DNA of 64,000 nucleotides. Origin: Camelus ferus. Taxonomy: Eukaryota. The stretch covers positions 43,278,001-43,342,000 of the forward strand of contig NC_045696.1 in NCBI RefSeq assembly GCF_009834535.1. Reading direction: 5' to 3'. How positions within the stretch are numbered: the first letter of the stretch is position 1; each line of letters begins with the position of its first letter. Under the pieces are notes generated by a model. The model saw only the letters and a program-made list of their open reading frames with translations. It was not told where the DNA came from and ran no database searches. A program made the position numbers and the translations under genes. This document shows, in pieces, positions 11,088 to 23,470 of this stretch.

Positions 11088-14000
11088 CATACATTGGGAA
11101 AGAGCATGAGCAATGGAACTGGTATTCCGGGGTATGGTGCACTGTGAAAGTCTATGCGGAGATAAAAGGTCAATGACATTGAGGAATGTCTGATTCTTCT
11201 CTTAGTCAAGAGTATGTTTGGCCCCAGTCTGAGAATCAAATAAATTCAGGTCAGGGAAGATAGAAATTTTTAGGATCAGATTAGAGTAAGAGAATAGATT
11301 TTTAGAGCCTAAGAATCAGACACAGATGATGGTCTTTGAGTCAGAAAGGACTTCAGGAAAATGCTTTCAAGCCCTAGAAGACACCCTGGGGAGAAAATCT
11401 GAGAAGGTCCTCCCACTTGCTCCAGGCTTATTCAGCCATTACTGTGCTTTTATTTTTTAAGACACTCCGATTATAAATGGACAGAATCTAATTACTTTAG
11501 ACCTTAGGGAGTCAGGAGATGGTCCCCATATCTCAGCTCCTTCATTAAATGGATTTTAGAGGGGAAAAAAAAAAAGATTGCATTGTCATGACTCATTTGT
11601 GCTTTCAAGGACGACGTGACCTTCTGTGCAACTCTCAGATGGGATCTCGGTAGCGTCTTGCACGAGGGGTTCGGTTTTAGTTTTTGAGGAGCCCTTCTCC
11701 TTTGAACAAAGACTATGTGAATTAGAGGCATTTAATGAAAATCAAGCAAAATATTCATTCCTAAGCATTTTCTTTCTTTTAACCTTGTTTGCTATGCTGC
11801 CTGTCTGGAGCAGATGGTTGGATGACTGGTACCTTCTCACAATGTTAACAGTCATTATCACTGTGTCATTTGAAGTGCTGCTTCCATCCTGTTTATTTCT
11901 TTTTCTTTCTCCCTTTATGTGCATTTTCCTTTCAGGCATGCCACAAATCCTTGATATCCCTTTATGCCTTTTTTCACTTGCTATGGAAATCCTTCTGGAT
12001 ATGGAAAGAAAGTAATAATGAGCCTGTGATGTATGAGGTGACTAATGAAGTGTTAAACCCAACAACTGCTTTCCTTAAAATTCTGGAGGCATGAAATGTG
12101 TATTTTTCTCATCAGCAGTCATACCAGTGGGATTACTGCTTTAAAAAATTAAGATTCTCAGAGCAACCTTTCATTTTATGACACTTAAAGAAACTGTCAT
12201 TAAGATGTGTATTCTGTGACTTGTATTGCACATAAAATGTAAAGGTGATTTATTTAATTAAATGGTACTGAATCAATGCTAATTCACAAATAAAATTGCT
12301 AATTTATGGATGTTTCTTGAGTCTTCCACGAACCTGTCAAATCAGCTCTTGAAAGTGCAGTATTTGGTACTAAATCTTATATTCCATACATTTTTTTCCT
12401 TCTCTTCAGTTCCTCTGTTAGAATATCTGACAAATAATAAATGTATAATTTCCACTGCTGGTGAAATTTACATATTCTTCCATGTCAGAATATTCTTTTA
12501 AAAATGGCAGGTCTAATATGCAGTGTCATTTTAAAGGGAAAATGCAGTCAATTTGGGAAGAAATGCTCATGTACAGGACTAGAATGTGTGCGCTGGAAAG
12601 CAGAAAGGAAAGTAGACAACAGAGAATGTGCCCTATAGTCGAATGGAAGCAAATGAAAAAGAACACATTGTGAACAGAACTGTTCCTTCTCCTGAGAAAA
12701 TCTGAAATTCACAAATCCTTTAACGTTTCTCCTGTGCTTAGCATAGGGTAATGTGCCAAAGTCGCTTTAAACATAAATACTTAAGCATATCTCTAATATT
12801 CACTGCTATTATTCAAGATGATTATGCTATTTTTAACCTTTTGTATGGGATTCTGAAACAATTTCTGTGTATTCTTTTAAAATCTCAGGGCCTTTAATGT
12901 GAGGATTATTATCTGGGAATTTTCATAATTTGCAAGAACTTTGTGGTTTTCTTTTAAATAGTAATAAAATAACTTAAAATGGTATGTATTGCTATAAAAT
13001 TTTCAATCTATAAATTACAGAAAATTTTACAACTTGGCAAATTATGGTGCATTTCTTCTATGTGATTTGCATCCACAGCAGTTTTACGAGCGAGGTATGC
13101 TGTGTGTGGGATGCAAAGAGATATACAGTGGACTTTTAAAAATCCATACAAAGTATCAAAAATGTCAGGCTTGAATTCAGTTTGGAGAAAATTCTATCAA
13201 CAGAGGTAGCATGACTACTTAGGAAAGTGAATTTAAACATGAATAATTTATTCCTTAAAAACAGCTTGAAGCATACTTGTAGCCATGTTTCACAGCACTG
13301 ATTGATTTCTGTCTTTGAAAGATTCTTTAACAAAAAATAAAATCTCAAATGAACTACATCTTAATAAGTATAATAGAGATGAATAATGACTGTGAAAAAA
13401 AATACATGTAGATATTTACTGTCTGCAAAATCAAGCATCCTAAGATAAATTAGGGATGGCTGACTCACTTAAATGCTATGAAATATTTAACCTAAAAATC
13501 AACTTATATCCAGAAACAGAAATGATATTCCAGTATATCTATCAAGCAATCTAAATACACTGATAAACCTGTTTACTTGAGACAATTCATATAACTTTCC
13601 CAATTTTCTAATTTAGTAAGTTCTTATGTAATTTCCATGGAAAAATACACTAGGCTCTTTTTGCTTTTGTATTGCTTTTGTTAACTGCTCACATACACTA
13701 CTACTTCTCCTTTTACCAAAAACAAAACAAAAAACGACTGGATTTTTTTTGCAGTCTTCCAATTTTCCCTCTGCCAGTGAGCAAAAATCTTCATCTAGAA
13801 GGACTGAAATTGTTACTGCAACCCATTTCTTGTCGACAGTGTGTGATATGAAGTCAACATATATTAATGCATGAAGTGAAGATATTTTAATGCATTAGGA
13901 GGAATATGCAAATTAAGTTGGGAGAAGAAATAAAGTGAAGGGAAAATGATGAGTCATAAATGTGCACCCACATAAATAAGACTGTGACAGCGAAAAAGAT

Positions 14001-14344
14001 GAACAATATGTTGTAAAGAAATGATTTTAAAAGAGAGCAGCTATGTAGGAGACTTTATCTAGGCATCAAGTGGTATCACAGCAAAAAGGAAAAATAGATG
14101 CAGGGAGGGCAACTCCTGTTTCTTGGAGAGCTCTCTCATATCTAATAAAGGTCTTAGATCCTTTCAGACCTGCTTCTTTTTAATCGTAATTAACTCAGGA
14201 TCAATATATACTACCCAATTGGAAGTCACATTTTTCTTCCTCTTCCAATTTTTATCTGATTTTTTGGGTCATTTTTACTTTCTGTTCTTTGTTGGACAAA
14301 GTTCAAGTAAATACTCCAAAGTGAAATAAGTGACTTCATGTAAC

Positions 14345-14500
14345 GATAGCACAGGGAACTATATTCAATAGCTTATAATAACCAATAATGAAAAAGAATA
14401 TATATATGTATAACTCAATCACTATGTTGCGCAGCAGAGACTAACACAGCATTGTAAGTCAACTATACTTTAATAAAAAATAGTCAAATAAATTAAAATA
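14345..14500 (+). mobile_element. Short 5'-truncated cetartiodactyl-type L1 3' UTR
   Basis: 'atagcacagggaactatattcaata...aacacagcattgtaagtcaactatactttaataaaaaa' followed by an A-rich tail. Confidence 0.85.
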
Positions 14501-15239
14501 AAATGAACCATGCTTTCAAGACAGGAAAAAAAAATTAGGCACTAGATCAAAAATGGAGTTTTGCCACAAAGGAAGTTTCCATACGATAGACCATAAACAG
14601 TGTCCTCACCCAGGATGGTTTGGAGCCATACTATGGCTTCTTGAAACACCAAGAATAGGAGTTTGTGTGCATTCTTAAATACGATGTTGCAGATTTTGAG
14701 AATGGAATGACACAAACTGAGTGGTCCACTGAAAATATTAACAGAGCCATAGAGGATACGATGAATTAGAGTTGGGGTTGGGGGAGCTTGGGACAGAAAA
14801 AAATGAAACACAGAAGCAGTGATGAAGGAAACAGATTTAGTCAACTGGCTATGAAAGTTAAGAAGATAAGGCAGATGTAAGACAGTTTATGGAAAAAGAA
14901 TGTGAGGAGTTTTAAACTGATTCCATTTAAAGGCGAGGGAAAGTAAAAGTCAACTGCATCACCATCCTGTCAGTCAAACATTATTTAAGATAAGAACCAT
15001 TGAAAGACAGGGCTTGTGGGTGGCAGGGAGGATGGTGAGTTCATCTTCTGCTTGGTGAGCAGAAGGAATCAAAGGACATTCTTCTGACATCCTGCTGGAG
15101 AGGCCACAGTCTCTTGGAAAATGAGGAAGGAATGAAAAAAATTTGAGGGGGAAACACCATCAGAGCATGGTAGTTTTAAAAGAGAATCTGAAATGTGGAG
15201 AGGAGAAATAAGAGAATCTTCAGATTGGGGAATAGTTCA

Positions 15240-16374
15240 TAAGAGATTTATTAAATATGTCCTTTAGTATTCTTAATGGTGACTTAGCTGTATCTAATAT
15301 ACACATATACCTATATACATATTTGTTTTTAATAAAGATAAATACAGATTAGCATGCACTCAATTTAGACAGAAAATTGGAAGTTTGTACTCTGATTTCC
15401 AAATGAAAATTAAGACTGCAGATTTTTTACTTAGCTTAATTTTAAATTTGTGTCTCTTTGCTTTCATAGAATATCTTAATTCTAAGTACAAAAATGTAAT
15501 TACCTACTTCCTTTATATTCAAGATGAATAGAACAACTTCAAATAGCAGTATCAATTTTACCAGCAATAAAAAGAAACTGATAAAAGCAGTTTGGGCAGT
15601 CCTTGTCATTAGGATTTATCTAAAAATGTCTCGGTAACACATAACTTTGCTGTTATGTCACCAGGTTTATATACAATTAGAGTGGCCTATTTATCTTTCA
15701 ATTTTATTAATTTTGGGGGATATGTTTCATTCTTTATTAATTTTAGTTATACAAAATACATACTAAATGTATCCAAATACTGAAATGGTTCCATGGCCTA
15801 AAAGATAAACCAATCATACTCAGAGACATCTAGCTTCTATCCATATCCACTTAATTCTATTCCCTGCATCCTATAGGCAAACACACTTGCTTGTTTTTGG
15901 TTTATCCTTTAATTTCTTCGTTTTGAAAATAAAAAGCAAATGAATATAATTACACACAAAAATGCATACACATATAAACATCTGTTTTATTCCTCTCTTA
16001 AGCAGACTTAGCATACTATTCAAGTATTCAGCAGATTGGTTTTTTACTCAACAGTTTATCCATATATACTCATAATACTATATTATTATTATTATATTGT
16101 GAAATCTTCCCCATTAATTTCTCAGCAGCATTGGATAGATATACCGTAGCTTATTGAGCTAGTCCTTTCTTAAGGGGCTTCACTTTCAGTCTTCTGGTGT
16201 TAACAATAGTGTTACTGTGTAAAATTCTTGCGCACGTTATTCCTTACTTTGATTTGGGATAAATTTTGAAAATGGTAATTCTGAATCAAAGGAAAAATTG
16301 CTAGGTGTCACCAAATGAACAATTTCTTTTGGACTGTATGCCAGTAGGGTAGTTTGTCAAACTTTTGGAGTTGG

Positions 16375-16409
<35 letters not shown>

Positions 16410-17220
16410 ACATATTCTAGCTATGTTTAAATTTTAATTTCTCTTACTTTGATTGAAGCTGACTATATTTTCATGCATTTAAAGATCATTTATCTTTTTC
16501 TTTTCTGTTTATAGGTCAGTCTTTGTCCATTCTTCTCTTGGTTTCATGAACTTTTTCTTCTCAAATTTTTTTTAAAATTTCCTTTGGTTTCATAGCACTA
16601 ACCATGGTCATCACTGTGTGCTTTCTTTTTTTGATCTCCCACCATCATCCTGGCTATGAATTCTCATCTTCCAAAGTACTTAGCTCAGGACAAAACCAAC
16701 AAAAGAACAAACAACAAACTAATGGTCCTTTTTTATTGGGACTGACTAATCTCTATAAATTAATTTAAGGATATGATATTGAGTACAAGAGCAGAGTATG
16801 CTTTACATCTGCTCCAGTTTACTTTTGTTTCTTAAAAATTTTTTTATAATTTTCTCATATTGGTTTCACTCAATTCATATCTATTCTGAAAGTTTTTTTT
16901 GAATTTTATTAAATAAGTTCTTTTCTCCACTATACTTTACCAGGTTATTATTTTTTTTTTAAACAGAGGCTCCCAATTACACCAATTTGATATACTGCTT
17001 ACTAAATTTTCATGATGTTCGTAGTATTTTTTTCCATTGATTCTGTCTAGGTTTTCAAGCTATTTATAAATAATGCCTGCCGATAAAGATAATTTTACTT
17101 TTTCCATTCCAATGTTTTTTCATCTAATTGCATAGCTACTGCCTTCAAATCAGGATTATGTATTAGAAAGACAAAGGCACCCTTAACATGTTCCTGAGAT
17201 GATTCTGATATTTCCCCATT
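15240..17220 (-). mobile_element. Highly diverged L1MC/L1ME 3' UTR and ORF2 fragments
   Basis: T-rich sequence with antisense L1 motifs 'attttaatttctcttactttgattgaagctgactatattttcatgcattt' and 'gataattttacttttccattccaat'. Boundaries approximate. Confidence 0.55.
16378..16406. repeat. (TG)14 microsatellite
   Basis: Seen directly in the sequence. Confidence 0.95.
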
Positions 17221-18617
17221 ATGGAGCTATTCTTTGAACAATTCAATTTCATATGGTCATATTTGAGTAAACTCACCTATCACTGGTGTTAGTTCCAGGT
17301 AGTTAAATCTAACCAGGTAGTTTAGTTTTAAAGACAGTGACTATAATGTACGCCCCCTCTCATCATTTGCCCTCCCCCGACATTTTCTCATCTCCCAAGC
17401 CCTTGCATCCTTTACTTCTGGATGAGCATTTAGGACCAGGGTCACTGAGACAATCAATCTATGTTGCTTCCTCTCACTACCAATGTTTCAAGGGATATTA
17501 AGGGATATTAAGAGCTCTTACACCAGAGATATGAATGTGACTTGCAGGAGAAGAAATGGTCCCTAAGACCAGAGAGGTCTGTGGAGGTGATATCAGAACA
17601 TTGGCCCATCTGCTACAACTGTTTTATTTTCCGTTTGTGTATATACTTGCCTCCAAATCCTTACAGGGAGACCAGGTGATTGAACCAAAGGAACTGAGAG
17701 TTATTCCAAGATTTCCTGGCTCAAAACATACCTTAACATCTATAAATCCTCCTTAAACTAGAGAATAGTGCAATAATACATTTAATAATTAATCATGATT
17801 AGAATTCAATAGCTGTCAAATCACTAATTTTTTTATAGAAGCCAAAATTTCTCAGATTACTAAAATACTATTCTGTGGATGCACTTAACCTCACCTACTG
17901 ACCAACAGAACATCATTCCAAGTTCTTGTTTTTGCCACTAACTCCAGTTTTCACAAAATGCCCAGATGACTGGAATAGTACATTGTTTGCAAAGTCTGTG
18001 TATTGCTTAGCTTGGAGGGTTATTCTAAATCAGCTAGTACTTTATGGCCTCTCTGACCACTGACCCTCTGGTGATAAAACCAGAAGACTAGAGAGCTTAT
18101 GAGGAAAAGCTCATTTCTGTTGGCACATCTTTTGTCAGTTACACCTTCGTGCTCCTTGCTTCCTAGAATTCCCCTAACAGTTCTCCTCCAAGAAACATTA
18201 CTGCATGACAACCCTGTTATACTTTTGTAGACTCAGGATATTTTTAGGCACAATGCTAAAAATGTTACAAAAGTATTTTATTTTTAATTTTTCAGAACTG
18301 GTCATTTTCAAACATATTTATCATTTTCTGTGGGAAGAGTTAATGCAACTAGTGTGAATATATGGAAGCACCAAGATTTAGGGAGGGAATAAGCTGAGAA
18401 AAGAACATTGCTCTAACTGCTGGAAAGGAAAAGTACAGTGATCTTAACATCTGGAAATATATCAACATATATATATAATACTAACAAAGACATAAATACT
18501 ATAAATAAACATACACATATTTATGCATATAACTTTGTATATGTATTGTGTAAATGTATTTACATATGTATGTATCAACTGTATAATTATAAACTATATA
18601 AATTATAAATAAAACAC

Positions 18618-18632
18618 GTGTGTGTGTGTATA

Positions 18633-18668
<36 letters not shown>
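18618..18668. repeat. Compound microsatellite (GT)6-atag-(AC)17
   Basis: Seen directly in the sequence. Confidence 0.95.
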
Positions 18669-18669
<1 letters not shown>

Positions 18670-21107
18670 CAAGTAGCAAAGCCCTTAATCCTTATGCTGA
18701 CACACAAGGCAACTCTTGATTTCTAACTTGATTTCTAATCAGCTATTTTGCATAATGACAAAGCCTATGTCTTGGTACCTAAAATTTTCCCTTACAGTTT
18801 CCTTTCAAATAGATCAGGTCATTTAATGTATAGCTGGGAACAAAGATCTTCTTAAAAAAAGGGTTAAGGTGTTTTCATAATTGTGTAGGACTACAAATTA
18901 TGATATCAAAGATCAAAATGAACAAAGAGAACATAGTTTACTTCCTAATTTTTCTGTAATCCACAGTACAAATTGTGAAAGCTTTTGGACAATACAAAAA
19001 TGAGTTTTTAGAGCAAAAGAAATAATAATTAAATAAAACAAAATGTCAGTATAAAAATACCTGTTATCCTCCAGTTTTTTTTTTTTTTTTTGAACTAAAA
19101 GAGAACATTTTAGATGGGAAACTGGGACACTAAGGCATTGCTATCATGTTTAACTGTTAACTTTTTCTTATAATTCATTCTCCTTATCAGAAGGTAAGCC
19201 TGAAAATGGGAAACAAACAATCTTCTCCTTTGGGCTGCTATCATTGCCAATCTAACTTTTTCTGCTCCAGTGAACCTAAATTACTACAAGTAATATAATG
19301 GGATGAGTAATTCAATAGATGTGAACAAATGGATCCCAATGCAAATGGCCTCCCATTATGAGGTGACTGTATCATATCCCTAGAAGTGCCATTTCATTAA
19401 TACTCGGCCTGAGTTTGCTTGTCCCCATTGCAATCTTCTACTCGTTGCCATCTGAAGTTATCTAACTTGAAAATAATACACATTTGCTTACACTTGAAAA
19501 TTATATACATTTAATTCCTTATTATTATGCTGTTTAAGCAATTTCCTCAGACTGAGTCAGTAGTAATATTTAATTGATCATAAAATTAAGAGATTGATGT
19601 TGCTTGCTTTATGGAAGCTGTTCCCTTTTGAAGTCATCAGTAGGGCTACATTCCTGACCATCCTTTCTTACCATGATAGTTTTGTTGATGGTGAATCTAC
19701 AGAGTGTGGTTGAAGTGAAAAGAAACTTCCTTTCAACAACTAGGGACTTTATATCTCTAGAACTCCTACAGTCAATCTCTTTCTCTCTCTTTTTTAAAAA
19801 TCTGCTGTTTTCTGCTCTTTTCACCTTCTCTTCTCTCGTTTTTCTCTTTTTCATCTTCTCTTCCTTTTTCTCCCTCATCTAATTTTTATCTTCAACTTCC
19901 TCTAGTAATTCACTTTGAAATACTACAGGGAGAGATATGATTAAGGTTCACTAAGGAACAAAGAATCAGCAGTAAGGAAGAGCAGTAAGGGAAAGAGCAA
20001 GGGAAGCGGAGCAAAGGCGTGCTGGCGGTAAGGGAGGAGGGGCACAGATGTGGGCAAAGGGGAAATGAATGATGGAAACTGTGAAAGGGTTTTGCCAAGA
20101 AATGTAACAAGCCTATGGGCTTAAATTTATGAGAATTTAATGGATTCGGAGTATCCCATACATTTGCTGTTAGAATGGGGATTGCATCTGTTACAAATTG
20201 TGGAGGAAAGGGCAGCACTCACACCAAGGGTGTGGTAGTGCTTGATTTGATAGTGTACTGATTCTCAAATTAACCTTGCAGCTTGAGTTGGTACTTCCTG
20301 TATTATAATACAGAGACACAAACAAGAACCATTACAGAGACTTTAGTGTTAGTATCAACAAACAAATGAAAAAAAAAATGAATCTGAAAACTCATTTTCA
20401 ACAGTTAAAGTGTTCATAAGCCTGAAAATGGCACAAAGTAAAAACAATAAAAGTTTGAGGTAACTCTGGGTAGTTAGAAGGAACCGAGCTTATAAAACCT
20501 GAAATGCAGACATGAGGAATTAACTTTTTATAACTTTGAATATTGAGTGTGATGACTATCTCAGGTAGATTATATCTCAGTTGTAAATGCTTTATGCTTT
20601 TTACTTTAATTCTGCAACTCCTTATTTATTAAACTGCTTTTACCACGAATGTTATACAACAATATGATAACCTATGAATTCAAGGCTTGGGATTTCATAA
20701 AAGGTGAAGTCAATAGTTAGAGGATTTTAAGACAAATAATGTAATAAAATTTTTAACTATTAAACTTTTGCATGAATGTAATAAAGGGAAGTAAACAGTA
20801 AATGATTAAGGGGAGTGGAGAAAGAATAGGTGATATTAAAAATTAATACTGCAAGAGAAAATTTTTTAAAAAATTAAAAACTGCTCTTGATAGCAATTTA
20901 ATCACGTTTAGCAATAAAAATGAGCACTGTAATAAAGTGTTTAATTATGCTGTGACGTATTTGTCATGTTTTCCTAGAGAATAATCAACTGATTGTTAGA
21001 TGAGTGTTAACAATTAAGTGTTCTAAGGCACTCCAAAATAGCATTTTATATTTCTTTTTTTTTTTCGGTTTCTCTTTTTCCTTTAAACATCGCATTTTCT
21101 TTCTTTC

Positions 21108-21129
21108 TTTTTTTTTTTTTTTTTTTTTT
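21108..21129. repeat. Poly(T)22 tract
   Basis: Seen directly in the sequence. Confidence 0.9.
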
Positions 21130-21731
21130 GAAAGTTTGGTTCATTTCTAAGGGAACTAAATTCATGGCTATTAAAGCCTAAAACATTTACAATCCAAAAT
21201 GATAGATAATAAGATTAAAGGTAATAATATATGCTGAGAGTAAACCCCAGCCATGTAATATGAAATAATGGAATGCTAATAATACTAAGTACTGTTTTCT
21301 GTATTTATCACAGTGATACAGCAATGAATCAAATATTCAGAAATGTTTTTGATATAAATATCCCACCCCACATTTTCCTACCCTCAATCTCACTCCAGAG
21401 AGTCTATCACATTTAAAAACTTTTTTTCAAGGTTATTTCAAAACTCTATCTAAAATCATGTATTTTATTTATTGACTCATCAACCATAGAAGATACTCAT
21501 TTATCCTCCAATGTAAAAATAAAATTTTAACTCACACTATCTCTCTTCTCTTTCATTCAATTAATGCTAGTGTATATTTATTTTTCTATTATTTTTGAAT
21601 TATTATTATCATTTTCACCAATTTTTGTAATATCTTGTGATTTTCTATTCTCAAGGCTATAATTCTCTTACTGGAAACACAAAAATATCTTTAAATTTTG
21701 ACCATAAAGTGACTTAAAATCTTAAATTTAA

Positions 21732-21769
21732 TTTGCATTAATGTGGGAGGATTACATTTGGTTTGCTAA
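21732..21769 (+). repeat. 38-bp perfect direct repeat, copy 1 (copy 2 at 22288-22325)
   Basis: tttgcattaatgtgggaggattacatttggtttgctaa is identical at both positions. Confidence 0.95.
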
Positions 21770-21775
21770 AAGTCT

Positions 21776-22171
21776 CTTATGGACTACATTTTGTTATCCC
21801 CAAAATACATATGTTGAAGCCCTAAACCCTAGTACCTCAGAATACAACTGTATTTGAAGAGAGTTTTTTAAAAGGTTATTATTGTAAAGTGAAGCCATGA
21901 GGACAGGCTCTGTTTCTGGTATGCTTATAAGATGACGAAATTTGAACACACGAATAGACACAAGGCACGTACATGTACAAAGGGAAGCTCACATGAAGAC
22001 GCAGCAAGAAGGCGTCCCCATGCAAGCTAAGGAGAGAGGACTCAGAAGAAACCAAACCTGCTCAACTTGATCTTGGACTTCCAGCATCCCCAACTCTGAG
22101 AAAATATATTTTTGTTGTTTAAGCTGCCCATCTGTGGTGCTTTGTTATGACAGCCCTAGCAAAATAATGCA
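21776..22171 (+). mobile_element. MLT1B-like MaLR solo LTR
   Basis: 'ccccaaaatacatatgttgaagccctaaaccctagtacctcagaat...ttgatcttggacttccagc...ttgttgtttaagc...tttgttatgacagccctagcaaaataatgca', about 395 bp. Confidence 0.9.
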
Positions 22172-22287
22172 TGGTCTAAATTCATGAAAATAGCCGCTAA
22201 ATAGAACATTTTACTAAGATCAGGGAAAACATCTGATTCATGATTGTCTAGTATATTATTTATTTTCCCCAGAGTTTTTAATTTTAT

Positions 22288-22325
22288 TTTGCATTAATGT
22301 GGGAGGATTACATTTGGTTTGCTAA
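22288..22325 (+). repeat. 38-bp perfect direct repeat, copy 2
   Basis: Identical to 21732-21769. Confidence 0.95.
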
Positions 22326-23274
22326 TTCTTGCCATTGTCACATCTTCAAAATGTTAGAGCTCTTAAACATACTAGAGATTCTCAGTATTTTTTAATTTTC
22401 TGAGACACATCTCTTCCATACATCACAGCTTCCTACTCCGTGCAGATTGCCCTCTAGGTCTGTTTCTGAGCTCTCATCCTGGCCATCCTACATACGTCAT
22501 TTCCTGGCCACCATATATGTCATTTCCTGAAATCCGTGTCTTCCTCGATTTACAAATTTGTTTCACTGAAATACATCTTCAAAGAATTTCCAAATAAAAG
22601 ATTCATGGTAAGTAAATTTTCCATATTTTTATACATTCATAAACATTTTTCCTGGCCATTTATTGATGCTTTGGAAATTCAGAAAATTGTAGGTTAAAAA
22701 TGTATCTTTGAATTTTAACACCATTTATTGTTTACTAGCATCCCATTGGATTACCATTCTACTGATCTCATTCATATATAAAAGGGCTTAATTATTGCAA
22801 GAAAACATCAATATTAAGAAGCAATTTCTCTCTGTGCATGTGTGTGTACAAATCCTATTCAAGTTCTCTAAAGAATAAAGCCTAGCGTTCCCTTGGGTGT
22901 AGTCTTTAGGAAATAATATATATGTTCTAGGTATTGACTGGGGATAGAGTGAAGGGTATAATATAATGATTGTAATATATGCAATGTGAGAATAATAAGA
23001 TGGAAATGTCATATAAGGATTAGTTACCCCATGCATATATATACCTTCAATTAATCCTATTTTCTTCTCCACTTCTCACCTCCACCAACCATGGTACCTG
23101 TGACTTAGGGATCAGAACTTTTCCAGTGTCCTATTTGGTAGATAGGTTCCCAATATTTCTACAGCAATTTGTTCCCCCTCCCCAAAATCAGTTAGTTAAA
23201 ATAACTGCATAAAAGATAAAACCTGGAGTCTCATTTATAGAAAATTCTCAAGACTATTTGGTGGATTATTTGAT

Positions 23275-23470
23275 ATTTTAAAATATATATGAAATTGATA
23301 TATAATATATATATTTATAATTTATATAAAATATTAAAAATTATATATACATACAATTATATATATTTATATACTTACATAGAACAGATTTACAGATTTA
23401 TATATAAATATTAGTAAATATATAATACGTATTTGTATTATATAATGTATATGTACTGCATACATATATG
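23275..23470. repeat. AT-rich (TA)n-like low-complexity tract
   Basis: Seen directly in the sequence. Confidence 0.8.

Noticed and set aside
11626..12015. 129-aa hydrophobic ORF as a membrane protein
   Set aside because: Non-ATG start, hydrophobicity explained by T-rich and polypyrimidine sequence, and no recognisable homology.
19609..19882. Lys/Glu-rich and Phe/Ser-rich ORFs on opposite strands
   Set aside because: Artefacts of a polypyrimidine low-complexity tract.
21732..22325. 38-bp repeats as CRISPR repeats or the TSD of the MLT1B
   Set aside because: Only two copies 556 bp apart in mammalian DNA. MaLR TSDs are 5 bp and immediately adjacent to the LTR.
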